Positions 29,062 to 38,090 of a stretch of DNA of 64,000 bases are shown one piece after another. The DNA comes from Flavobacteriales bacterium. Lineage in GTDB: Bacteria > Bacteroidota > Bacteroidia > Flavobacteriales_F > PHOS-HE28. The notes below the pieces were generated by a model, which saw only the letters and a program-made list of their open reading frames with translations, had not been told where the DNA came from and ran no database searches. The number at the start of each line of letters is the position of its first letter. The stretch's first letter is position 1. The position numbers and the translations under genes are program-made. Location of the stretch: NCBI GenBank assembly GCA_016717305.1, contig JADKFY010000010.1:28279-92278 (forward strand), given 5' to 3'.

Positions 29062-31749
29062 ATGACCAAAACGACTCTACGGTCCATGCGTGCATTCTGT
29101 ACGATCGCACTAATGACCTTGGGATATTCCCACAGCAGTGCCCAACTGAATGTTTCACTATTGGCTACGGCCGATCCGGAAATATTCCAGTTCCAATGGA
29201 CCAATACCAGCGCAACCGAGACTTACGATGCAGTTTGGAGCGCGACATGGGCAGTTCGGTGGGATGTTTCGGCTGGCGGGGATATTTTGTCAGAGAACGA
29301 CCTTGTTGCGTTATGCAGTTCTTCAAGGGCTCCGATCTCGCCTAATGACATCGATAATCTGACCACTACGCAAGGTCCATACCGATATGCAGCGTTCACG
29401 ACAGTTGCGATCCCAGCGTTGGGTGCTCCTTGTGGACTTGCACCCGGGCAATCCCGGATCTGGCACCAGATCAAGATCACCGGGATATCCGGATGCCCGA
29501 ATATCCAATTGTCCCCGGATAATATCGTAAACGGTCAGAACATATCGTACTACGCAGCGATAGGTGGCATCCTTAAAACCGGGGTATATGCTTCCGGGGT
29601 TATCGGCGCACCTTTTACGGTTACACCAGGCACCTATGGGCCAACCTGCACGACAGGTAGCCCGATCGCATTGGGTGGAACACCTGCAGGAGGAACATGG
29701 AGCGGGCCAGGGGTATCTGGTAGCACGTTCACGCCATCTGCGGCTGGAAATCAAATCCTCACATATACGGTTACACAAGGTGGTTGCACAGTGGCTGCGA
29801 ACACCACGATCAATGTTACGGCAGCACCAACTGCCACGATCAGCTACAGCGGTTCGCCGTTTTGTAGCACCGGTGGTACCGCTAGCGTATCGCGCACTGG
29901 TAATGCAGGCGGGACGTACACGGCTCCTGCAGGTCTGACGATAAACGCCAGCACGGGCGCCGTGACCTTGGCAACCAGCACGGCAGGTACGTACACGGTG
30001 ACCTACACGATCGCAGCAGCCGGTGGCTGCGCACAGTTCCAAACCACTGCCTCTATCACGGTAACGGCCGCACCTACAGCGACGATCAGCTACAGCGGTT
30101 CGCCGTTTTGTAGCACCGGAGGTACCGCTAGCGTTTCGCTTACTGGTACTGCAGGCGGGACGTACACGGCTCCTGCAGGTTTGACGATCAACCCTGGTAC
30201 GGGTGCCGTGACCTTGGCAACCAGCACGGCAGGTACGTACACGGTGACCTACACGATCGCAGCAGCCGGTGGCTGCGCACAGTTCCAAACCACGGCCTCT
30301 ATCACGGTAACGGCCGCACCTGCTGCCACGATCAGCTACAGCGGTTCGCCGTTTTGTAGCACCGGTGGTACCGCTAGCGTATCGCGCACTGGTACTGCAG
30401 GCGGGACTTACACGGCTCCTGCAGGTTTGACGATCAACGCTGGCACGGGTGCCGTGACCTTGGGAACCAGCACGGCAGGTACATACACGGTCACGTATAC
30501 TATCGCAGCAGCCGGTGGTTGCGCACAATTCCAAACCACGGCTTCGATCACGGTTACGGCCGCGCCTGCAGCGACGATCAGCTACAGCGGTTCGCCGTTT
30601 TGCAGCACTGGAGGCACTGCGAACGTGACTCAAACAGGAACGGTAGGCGGCACCTACACCGCTCCTGCAGGTTTGACGATCAACGCTGGCACGGGTGCCG
30701 TTACCTTGGGATCCAGCACGGCAGGTACATACACGGTCACGTATACTATCGCAGCAGCCGGTGGGTGCACACAATTCCAAACCACGGCCTCGATCACGGT
30801 AACGGCCGCGCCTGCAGCGACGATCAGCTACAGCGGTTCGCCGTTTTGCAGCACTGGAGGTACTGCGAACGTGACTCAAACAGGAACGGTAGGCGGCACC
30901 TACACCGCCCCTGCAGGTTTGACGATCAACGCAGGCACGGGTGCCGTGAACTTGGCCACTAGCACAGCAGGTGCTTACACCGTGACTTACACAATAGCGG
31001 CTGCTGGCGGATGTGCACAATTCCAGACCACAGCCTCCATCACAATTACTACTGCGTCCGGTGCCACGATCAGCTACAATGGTTCGCCATATTGCAGCAA
31101 CGCCGGCACGGCGAGTGTGAACTTGACGGGTACGAGCGGCGGTACGTATAGCGCACCAGCAGGCCTAAGCATCAACTCAAGCACCGGTGCTGTCAACTTA
31201 GCGTTGAGCACAGCCGGAACGTATACAGTTACTTACACTATGGCTGCCACCGGTGGTTGCCCACAGGCGACGGCCACCACATCCGTTTCTATCACAGCGG
31301 CATCACTTTGGTACCAGGACCTGGACCAGGACGGATTCGGTGATCCAGGCGTAAGTTTGCTTGAGTGCAACCAACCCGTAGGCTATGTTTCGAATAACAC
31401 GGACAATTGTCCAGCAATACTTGGTGTGATCGGCTCGATTTGCAACGATGGAAACCCGAACACCGAGAACGACCAGATCAATGCTTCCTGTCAGTGTGTT
31501 GGGAGCGCATTACCCACGGATTGTGCTGGTGTAGTTAATGGTACTGCCTCGGTCGATCAGTGCGGAGTGTGCAGTGGTGGAACGACGGGCCAGATCCCGA
31601 ACGCCAGTTGCACGGATTGTGCAGGTGTGATCAACGGAACTGCAACTCGCGGCGGACACCTTATAGACAACTGCGCAACGTGCGTAGGTGGCAACACGTC
31701 TTACCGGTTGTACGCTTGTGACCCGACAACTGGCAACATGCTGTGGTAA
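29062..31749 (+). CDS. giant T9SS adhesin-like protein, N-terminal segment (signal peptide + ~7 Ig-like 80-aa repeats + start of Cys-rich repeats); interrupted by frameshift
   Basis: ATG at 29062 gives MTKTTLRSMRAFCTIALMTLGYSHSSAQ. Repeats APTATISYSGSPFCSTGG...GTYTVTYTIAAAGGCAQFQTTASITVT x6-7. The frame ends at the TAA at 31747, while the same repeat family continues in the +1 frame (see next feature). Confidence 0.6.
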   Translation: MTKTTLRSMRAFCTIALMTLGYSHSSAQLNVSLLATADPEIFQFQWTNTSATETYDAVWSATWAVRWDVSAGGDILSENDLVALCSSSRAPISPNDIDNLTTTQGPYRYAAFTTVAIPALGAPCGLAPGQSRIWHQIKITGISGCPNIQLSPDNIVNGQNISYYAAIGGILKTGVYASGVIGAPFTVTPGTYGPTCTTGSPIALGGTPAGGTWSGPGVSGSTFTPSAAGNQILTYTVTQGGCTVAANTTINVTAAPTATISYSGSPFCSTGGTASVSRTGNAGGTYTAPAGLTINASTGAVTLATSTAGTYTVTYTIAAAGGCAQFQTTASITVTAAPTATISYSGSPFCSTGGTASVSLTGTAGGTYTAPAGLTINPGTGAVTLATSTAGTYTVTYTIAAAGGCAQFQTTASITVTAAPAATISYSGSPFCSTGGTASVSRTGTAGGTYTAPAGLTINAGTGAVTLGTSTAGTYTVTYTIAAAGGCAQFQTTASITVTAAPAATISYSGSPFCSTGGTANVTQTGTVGGTYTAPAGLTINAGTGAVTLGSSTAGTYTVTYTIAAAGGCTQFQTTASITVTAAPAATISYSGSPFCSTGGTANVTQTGTVGGTYTAPAGLTINAGTGAVNLATSTAGAYTVTYTIAAAGGCAQFQTTASITITTASGATISYNGSPYCSNAGTASVNLTGTSGGTYSAPAGLSINSSTGAVNLALSTAGTYTVTYTMAATGGCPQATATTSVSITAASLWYQDLDQDGFGDPGVSLLECNQPVGYVSNNTDNCPAILGVIGSICNDGNPNTENDQINASCQCVGSALPTDCAGVVNGTASVDQCGVCSGGTTGQIPNASCTDCAGVINGTATRGGHLIDNCATCVGGNTSYRLYACDPTTGNMLW
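29815..31290 (+). repeat. tandem ~240-bp coding repeats (Ig-like domain units, ~85-95% identical)
   Basis: The block ...acgatcagctacagcggttcgccgttttg... recurs about every 240 bp (29838, 30078, 30318, 30558, ~30820, ~31065). Confidence 0.7.
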
Positions 31750-34666
31750 CGGTGCTTATGGAGACTTTGGCGGAACAGCTGTAATTGACAATTGCGCAAC
31801 GTGCGTAGGCGGCAACACCGGCTTGACCGCATGTGTCCAGGATTGTAACGGTGTCTTCGGCGGAACAGCCTTTATAGACAACTGTGCAACGTGCGTAGGT
31901 GGTAACACCGGTCTTACTGCATGTGCCGTTGACTGTAACGGCGTCTTCGGTGGAACAGCCTTCCTCGACAACTGTGCAACATGCGTAGGTGGTAACACTG
32001 GCCTCACCGCTTGTGTCGCTGACTGTAATGGAGACTTCGGCGGAACCGCTGTGATCGATAACTGCGCAACGTGCGTAGGCGGCAACACCGGCTTGACCGC
32101 ATGTGTCCAGGATTGTAACGGTGTCTTCGGCGGAACAGCCTTTATAGACAACTGTGCAACGTGCGTAGGTGGTAACACCGGTCTTACTGCATGTGCCGTT
32201 GACTGTAACGGCGTCTTCGGTGGAACAGCCTTCCTCGACAACTGTGCAACATGCGTAGGTGGTAACACTGGCCTCACCGCTTGTGTCGCTGACTGTAATG
32301 GAGACTTCGGCGGAACCGCTGTGATCGATAACTGCGCAACGTGCGTAGGCGGCAACACCGGCTTGACCGCATGTGTCCAGGATTGTAACGGTGTCTTCGG
32401 CGGAACAGCCTTTATAGACAACTGTGCAACGTGCGTAGGTGGTAACACCGGTCTTACTGCATGTGCCGTTGACTGTAACGGCGTCTTCGGTGGAACAGCC
32501 TTCCTCGACAACTGTGCAACATGCGTAGGTGGTAACACTGGCCTCACCGCTTGTGTCGCTGACTGTAATGGAGACTTCGGCGGAACCGCTGTGATCGATA
32601 ACTGCGCAACGTGCGTAGGCGGCAACACCGGCTTGACCGCATGTGTCCAGGATTGTAACGGTGTCTTCGGCGGAACAGCCTTTATAGACAACTGTGCAAC
32701 GTGCGTAGGTGGTAACACCGGTCTTACTGCATGTGCCGTTGACTGTAACGGCGTCTTCGGTGGAACAGCCTTCCTCGACAACTGTGCAACATGCGTAGGT
32801 GGTAACACTGGCCTCACCGCTTGTGTCGCTGACTGTAATGGAGACTTCGGCGGAACCGCTGTGATCGATAACTGCGCAACGTGCGTAGGCGGCAACACCG
32901 GCTTGACCGCATGTGTCCAGGATTGTAACGGCGTCTTCGGCGGAACAGCCTTTATAGACAACTGTGCAACGTGCGTAGGTGGTAACACCGGTCTTACTGC
33001 ATGTGCCGTTGACTGTAACGGCGTCTTCGGTGGAACAGCCTTCCTCGACAACTGTGCAACATGCGTAGGTGGTAACACTGGCCTCACCGCTTGTGTCGCT
33101 GACTGTAATGGAGACTTCGGCGGAACGGCCTTGATCGATAACTGCGCAACGTGCGTAGGCGGCAACACCGGCTTGACCGCATGTGTCCAGGATTGTAACG
33201 GTGTCTTCGGCGGCTCTGCATTGTCAGGAACGCCTTGTGATGATGGTGACCAATTGACCTTGAATGACACTTGGACGCCAAATTGCAGTTGTGTTGGTGT
33301 ACCTGTTGGTTGCCCGCAATCGGTCATCTTGGTGTTGAGCACGGATGACGCTCCAGAGGAGACTACATGGGAGATCATCCCTCAAGGAGGAGGAACACCA
33401 CTATGTTCAGGTGGCCCTTTCAATGGCGTCCCAAATGCAGCGATCGGACAACAGTGCTGCTTGAACGACGGATGCTATGAATTGCGCGTGATGGACAGTG
33501 CCGGCGACGGTATGACCACGGGCGGCTATGTCCTCAAGACGGGCGGTGCTGAACAGGAGCGCATCATCGACAATACCAATGATGGGGTCTTCGGTTCTGT
33601 GAGCCAGGTTTCCGGTGGACAAGGCTTCTGTCTACCGATCGGAACCGACAGATTGATCTTCGCTCATTGTGACCGTTTGTTCTGGGAGAATTACAAGTAT
33701 GTTGTAGCAACCGCAAACGCGGCTGTTAGTGCGACATGGGTACCGAATGGTGCCAACAACGTGCAACCGGCCAACAGCGGTTATGAGTTCTGGTTCTTCG
33801 ATCCTGATGGAACCTACTCCTATCGTGTATTCCGGAGCCACAACGTGAGCAATGGATTTTCACCTGCGAATGCTACTCGTGCGTGCCACTTGAAGATCAA
33901 TGCATGGTTTAACTCCGCATTGACACCGTTGATCCCCACGAACAAGACACTGAACGTTCGGGTCCGTGGTCGAGTGAGCGGGTTGAATGCTGAATTCGGC
34001 CCCGCATGTCGCTTCCGGATCGATCCCGTCCTTGCGGCATGTCAGCCGACAGCATTGGTAAATCAACCGAATCTGCCGGAATACTCTTGTGGAGTGGTCA
34101 AGCAATTCGGCGGAACGGATAAGGTCTGGGCATGGGCACGTCCTGGGGCTACGCGCTACCAGTTTGAGTTCACCTTGCCAGCGGAAGGGAATTTCTTGAA
34201 AGTGGTAACGAATACATCCTACTTCGCTACCTTGAATTGGACCGTGGATCCCCTGATGCCCGGAGTTACATACTCAGTTCGGACGCGTATAAGCAAGGAC
34301 CAAGGGAACACTTGGTGCGCTTGGGGTGACGAATGCCTCGTAACGATCAGTTCAAACGTAGCCGGACCGCAAGGCGGTTCCAGTATGATCGCTGGTTCAC
34401 CCGCCCTAACGGCTTATCCGAATCCGAACCGTGGGGACCTCATCATGATCAACATCACGAATGTGGGCAACATGGTGGATCGTGTAGGTGTGGAGTTCTT
34501 CGACCTGTATGGCAAGAAGGTGATCTCCAGCACTATTCCAGCACAAGAAGGCGCCTTTACCACTGGTCTGGACCTTTCCAGCGGAAGCCTTAGCAGCGGT
34601 GTGTACTTGATGCGCGTAACGGCCGGGGACTATGTTACCACGGAGAGGATCGTGATCCAACGTTGA
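31688..34666 (+). CDS. giant T9SS adhesin-like protein, C-terminal segment (Cys-rich 30-aa repeats x~17, beta-sandwich domains, T9SS type A tail)
   Basis: The frame is open from 31688 (GTG) and overlaps the upstream segment by 62 nt. Repeats FGGTAxIDNCATCVGGNTGLTACVxDCNGx. C-terminus ...AYPNPNRGDLIMINITNVGNMVDRVGVEFFDLYGKKVISSTIPAQEGAFTTGLDLSSGSLSSGVYLMRV is a Por_Secre_tail. Confidence 0.6.
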   Translation: MATRLTGCTLVTRQLATCCGNGAYGDFGGTAVIDNCATCVGGNTGLTACVQDCNGVFGGTAFIDNCATCVGGNTGLTACAVDCNGVFGGTAFLDNCATCVGGNTGLTACVADCNGDFGGTAVIDNCATCVGGNTGLTACVQDCNGVFGGTAFIDNCATCVGGNTGLTACAVDCNGVFGGTAFLDNCATCVGGNTGLTACVADCNGDFGGTAVIDNCATCVGGNTGLTACVQDCNGVFGGTAFIDNCATCVGGNTGLTACAVDCNGVFGGTAFLDNCATCVGGNTGLTACVADCNGDFGGTAVIDNCATCVGGNTGLTACVQDCNGVFGGTAFIDNCATCVGGNTGLTACAVDCNGVFGGTAFLDNCATCVGGNTGLTACVADCNGDFGGTAVIDNCATCVGGNTGLTACVQDCNGVFGGTAFIDNCATCVGGNTGLTACAVDCNGVFGGTAFLDNCATCVGGNTGLTACVADCNGDFGGTALIDNCATCVGGNTGLTACVQDCNGVFGGSALSGTPCDDGDQLTLNDTWTPNCSCVGVPVGCPQSVILVLSTDDAPEETTWEIIPQGGGTPLCSGGPFNGVPNAAIGQQCCLNDGCYELRVMDSAGDGMTTGGYVLKTGGAEQERIIDNTNDGVFGSVSQVSGGQGFCLPIGTDRLIFAHCDRLFWENYKYVVATANAAVSATWVPNGANNVQPANSGYEFWFFDPDGTYSYRVFRSHNVSNGFSPANATRACHLKINAWFNSALTPLIPTNKTLNVRVRGRVSGLNAEFGPACRFRIDPVLAACQPTALVNQPNLPEYSCGVVKQFGGTDKVWAWARPGATRYQFEFTLPAEGNFLKVVTNTSYFATLNWTVDPLMPGVTYSVRTRISKDQGNTWCAWGDECLVTISSNVAGPQGGSSMIAGSPALTAYPNPNRGDLIMINITNVGNMVDRVGVEFFDLYGKKVISSTIPAQEGAFTTGLDLSSGSLSSGVYLMRVTAGDYVTTERIVIQR
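31763..33215 (+). repeat. near-perfect 270-bp higher-order tandem repeat (3 x 90-bp Cys-rich units), ~5.4 copies
   Basis: gtgcgtaggcggcaacaccggcttgaccgc recurs at 31801, 32071, 32341, 32611, 32881 and 33151 (exact 270-bp period). Only 2-3 nucleotide differences are visible across copies. Confidence 0.85.
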
Positions 34667-34687
34667 GCTAAGTGCAATTGAACTTGG

Positions 34688-34716
34688 AAAGGCCGCCCAG
34701 AATTGGGCGGCCTTTC
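34688..34716 (+). terminator. rho-independent terminator of the adhesin gene
   Basis: Hairpin aaaggccgccc-agaatt-gggcggccttt followed by a T-rich tract. Confidence 0.6.
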
Positions 34717-35553
34717 TCTTATTTGGTCGCAGTATAAGCAAATTTGAACCATGAAAAATACCCATTTATAGGTATTGCGGCCATGGAAGCTTGAACAGAC
34801 CTTTGGACTGTTATCAAGTTATCCAACAAATGCGGTCCCTCTACTCGATCCCTAGCTCCGAAATGGTATTACGCGCTGCGATCGTGATGGCCATCTCGAC
34901 CTTGGTCATATTAGTGTTGAGTTCATATGAGTTGATCTAGCAGCTTTTTATTTGGTGGGTATTCGTTCGGAGCAAACGAGGCGCGGCCCGCCATTCCTCG
35001 GAACCCTGACCTCGGTCGGGGTTTCGACATTTTAGGACCATGTGACTATAATGATCCGCTGGCCTTTTTGCATTAAGGCATACTCGATCCTGCCTATCCG
35101 AAGCCGGGCCCAGATATCAAGGTGCTCAGGTTCCGTAATTAAATGGAACTCAATAGTAGAGTGAAACAGCAGCTCTTGGCTGTTGTGTAAAAGCTGAAAA
35201 TTACGGGCCCGGACGCTCCGTAAGTACCGATCAAGGAAAGCAACAAGACCAAAGGCCTTCAATTGTGCTCGTGCTAGACCTTATGGCTGGTTTTCCTTAC
35301 ACCACGGTTCAATATCTACACATACCACACCGCAGGTTGTATTTGACCATATCCAATGGCGGTTTCCGATTTCCAACGTGGAAATGCGTCCCACCTTCTT
35401 TTTGAACCAGGGCCTCCGGCTGTTCCTGTCTTCTTGCCCCGATAACGAACATGTGTATCTCTCACTTGAAAGGCAACGTCATGAAATGGACCCCGAAAAA
35501 TGGAAAGGGCCGCCTCAAATGAGACAGCCCCTCTTATCCAATGGCGGCACGGT

Positions 35554-37011
35554 TCAGTAATAGACCAACCTGCGCACTTTGGTGACGTGCTTGGCCAATC
35601 GTATTACTTGTTTCGTGTAGCCGAATTCGTTGTCGTACCATGCATAGAGCACCACGCTCTTGCCATCCGCACTTACAATGGTGGCGTTGCTGTCAAATAC
35701 GCTGCAACACGTATCTCCGATGATGTCACTGCTCACGAGTTCTGGATCAACTTGGTAGTGGATCTGGTTCACGAGTTCACCTATCAGGGCTGCATCTCGG
35801 ATCATATCATTCATGGCGGCGAGGTCCTTGATCGGCTTTTTCAAGGTTAGGCTCATGATCGCCAGTGAACCGTTCGGAGTAGGCACCCGGACAGCATTGG
35901 CTGTCAGTTTGTCCTTCAGGCTGGGGATCGCTTTGCTCACTGCCGTTCCAGCGCCGGTGCTAGTGATTACCATATTGATGGCTGCACTGCGACCACGCCG
36001 AGGTCCTTTGTGATAATTGTCCAAAAGGTTCTGGTCGTTCGTGTACGCGTGAACGGTTTCAATATGGCCCTTTTCCACTCCCAGATTATCCTCAACTACC
36101 TTCAGGATCGGGCAAATGGCATTGGTTGTACAACTCGCTGCACTGAACACTTTTTCATTCTCGATGTCAACATCCTTGTGGTTGATCCCATAGACGATGT
36201 TGGGAACTTCTTTGCCCGGTGCGGTTAGAAGTACCTTGGAAACGCCTTTGGACTTCAGGTGACGTTCGAGGTCTGCACGCTTCGTGAACGCGCCTGTATT
36301 ATCGATCACCAAGGCATTGTGTATTCCATATATGGTGTAGTCGATATCTTCTGGATTGCTCGCTGCAATCAATTGCACTTGTTGGCCGTTGATGCTGATG
36401 ATCTTGTTGGGGACATCTTCGATCACCGTTCCCTTGAAGGCACCATGTACGCTGTCATTCCTAAGCAAAGCCGCACGTTTAACGATCTCTTCATCGGTGA
36501 GGGTGCGGGTAACGATGGCGCGCAACCGGAGCTGCTGGCCTTTGCCCGCTTGTTTCACCAGTTCCCGTGCAGCAATGCGACCAATACGCCCAAATCCATA
36601 CAACACCACATCCTGTGGCTTGAACGTGTGCTTGTCTTGACCGATGAACGCGCTCAAATGGGTCGTAAGGAACTCGGATACCGAAGTGCTTTTCGATGCC
36701 TTGAACTCATGTGTCAAACGACCGATATCGATCTTGCTCGGAGCGAGGTCCAAGTCAAGAAGTCCACGGGCAACATCGGCCGTTGAGTAGACATCGATAG
36801 GTTTCTTGACCACTTGTTTGGCGTAGTCGAAATGTTTGATCATCTCGGATATGCTGATATCCAAAAGATGATTGCGGAAGAAAACGAGTTCCACACCGCG
36901 GTCATACATCAATCGCCCGACGGAATTCATCAGGTCCACCGCAGCTTTCTCGCGGTCAACATAATCCTGCAGGCCAGCCTCATAGCCAACTTTCGTCTCC
37001 AAGGTCTCCAT
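35554..37011 (-). CDS. gap: glyceraldehyde-3-phosphate dehydrogenase, long form (Gap2/GapB-like with ~150-aa N-terminal extension)
   Basis: Rossmann LYGFGRIGR, active-site ASCTTNAICP, C-terminal WYDNEFGY. First ATG at 37011-37009 (the ORF track starts at a TTG 9 nt upstream). 485 aa, versus ~335 aa for canonical GapA. Confidence 0.85.
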   Translation of the reverse strand: METLETKVGYEAGLQDYVDREKAAVDLMNSVGRLMYDRGVELVFFRNHLLDISISEMIKHFDYAKQVVKKPIDVYSTADVARGLLDLDLAPSKIDIGRLTHEFKASKSTSVSEFLTTHLSAFIGQDKHTFKPQDVVLYGFGRIGRIAARELVKQAGKGQQLRLRAIVTRTLTDEEIVKRAALLRNDSVHGAFKGTVIEDVPNKIISINGQQVQLIAASNPEDIDYTIYGIHNALVIDNTGAFTKRADLERHLKSKGVSKVLLTAPGKEVPNIVYGINHKDVDIENEKVFSAASCTTNAICPILKVVEDNLGVEKGHIETVHAYTNDQNLLDNYHKGPRRGRSAAINMVITSTGAGTAVSKAIPSLKDKLTANAVRVPTPNGSLAIMSLTLKKPIKDLAAMNDMIRDAALIGELVNQIHYQVDPELVSSDIIGDTCCSVFDSNATIVSADGKSVVLYAWYDNEFGYTKQVIRLAKHVTKVRRLVYY

Positions 37012-37053
37012 CGAGTTCAATAAAGGGTTAGGAACGTTCGTACGTTGAAATGC

Positions 37054-37929
37054 TTAGCCGAGGTACGCTTTGAGCAATTTGCTTCGGCTGGTATGGCGCA
37101 GTCGGCGTATGGCCTTCTCCTTGATCTGGCGCACGCGCTCGCGGGTCAGGTCGAACTTGGCTCCGATCTCTTCCAGGGTGAGGCCGTGGTTGATGGCGAT
37201 CCCGAAGAACAGCTTTACCACATCCCGCTCACGTTCCGTAAGTGTGCTAAGCGCACGGTCGATCTCCTTGCTCAATGATTCATTCAGCAGCAATCGATCT
37301 GCTGGGGCACTGTCATTGTTCGGAAGTACATCCAACAAGCTGTTGCTTTCACCTTCCACGAACGGTGCGTCCATACTGATGTGCCGCCCGCTCACCTTCA
37401 TGGTATCCGCTACCTTCTCCGCTGGCAAGTCCAGAAAAACAGCTAGTTCGTCAGCGCTGGGTGGACGTTCGTACTCCTGTTCAAGCCTTGCGAAAGCCTT
37501 GTTGATCTTGTTCAATGAACCCACTTGGTTCAATGGAAGACGAACAATTCGGCTTTGCTCTGCCAATGCCTGCAAAATGCTTTGGCGGATCCACCAAACC
37601 GCATAAGAGATGAATTTGAATCCCCGGGTCTCATCAAACCGCTGGGCGGCTTTGATCAACCCCAAGTTGCCCTCATTGATCAGATCAGGAAGACTAAGTC
37701 CTTGGTTCTGATATTGCTTGGCAACAGAAACCACGAATCGCAAGTTGGCCTTGACCAATTTCTCCAGAGCCAAATTGTCACCCTGTTTGATCTTTCGTGC
37801 CAACTCAACCTCGATATCGGCGGTGATAAGGCCTTCCTTGCCGATCTCCTGGAGGTACTTGTCCAGTGACTGGCTTTCCCTATTGGTGATCGACTTGGTG
37901 ATCTTGAGCTGACGCATCCTTGATGCCAT
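37054..37929 (-). CDS. rpoD: RNA polymerase primary sigma factor (sigma-70 family, Bacteroidota short SigA)
   Basis: Region 2 ([37 protein letters not shown]), region 3, region 4.2 HTH ([29 protein letters not shown]). 291 aa, typical of Bacteroidota sigma-A. Confidence 0.9.
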   Translation of the reverse strand: MASRMRQLKITKSITNRESQSLDKYLQEIGKEGLITADIEVELARKIKQGDNLALEKLVKANLRFVVSVAKQYQNQGLSLPDLINEGNLGLIKAAQRFDETRGFKFISYAVWWIRQSILQALAEQSRIVRLPLNQVGSLNKINKAFARLEQEYERPPSADELAVFLDLPAEKVADTMKVSGRHISMDAPFVEGESNSLLDVLPNNDSAPADRLLLNESLSKEIDRALSTLTERERDVVKLFFGIAINHGLTLEEIGAKFDLTRERVRQIKEKAIRRLRHTSRSKLLKAYLG

Positions 37930-38090
37930 GCGGAGGGGTGGTTTAAAAGTGGTTCCAAGTGAAAATAGAGCAGGTTGAACTGATCCATGGGATCGCGTTC
38001 AGGCTGCAAAGGTACGACCCCTACCCGGTACGGGACAAGGGCCCATCCCAACCGCATTTCCAAAACGGTCAGGATGGGGTCCAAATTGGA

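Noticed and set aside
29323-31020. 565-aa minus-strand ORF (Arg/Cys/Thr-rich) and the similar 540-aa ORF at 31756..33378
   Set aside because: Both lie antisense to the tandem coding repeats of the adhesin. The periodic, low-complexity composition (…RTAVADRRCR…, …VPPKTPLQS…) is the mirror of the plus-strand repeats and not an independent gene.
34720-35553. tmRNA (ssrA) or SRP RNA in the large convergent intergenic gap
   Set aside because: I could not find the tRNA-like T-arm (GGTTCGA(T/A)TCC), a plausible tag-peptide reading frame ending in ALAA-stop, or the SRP domain-IV GGAAGCAGCC motif on either strand. Left as an unexplained gap only.
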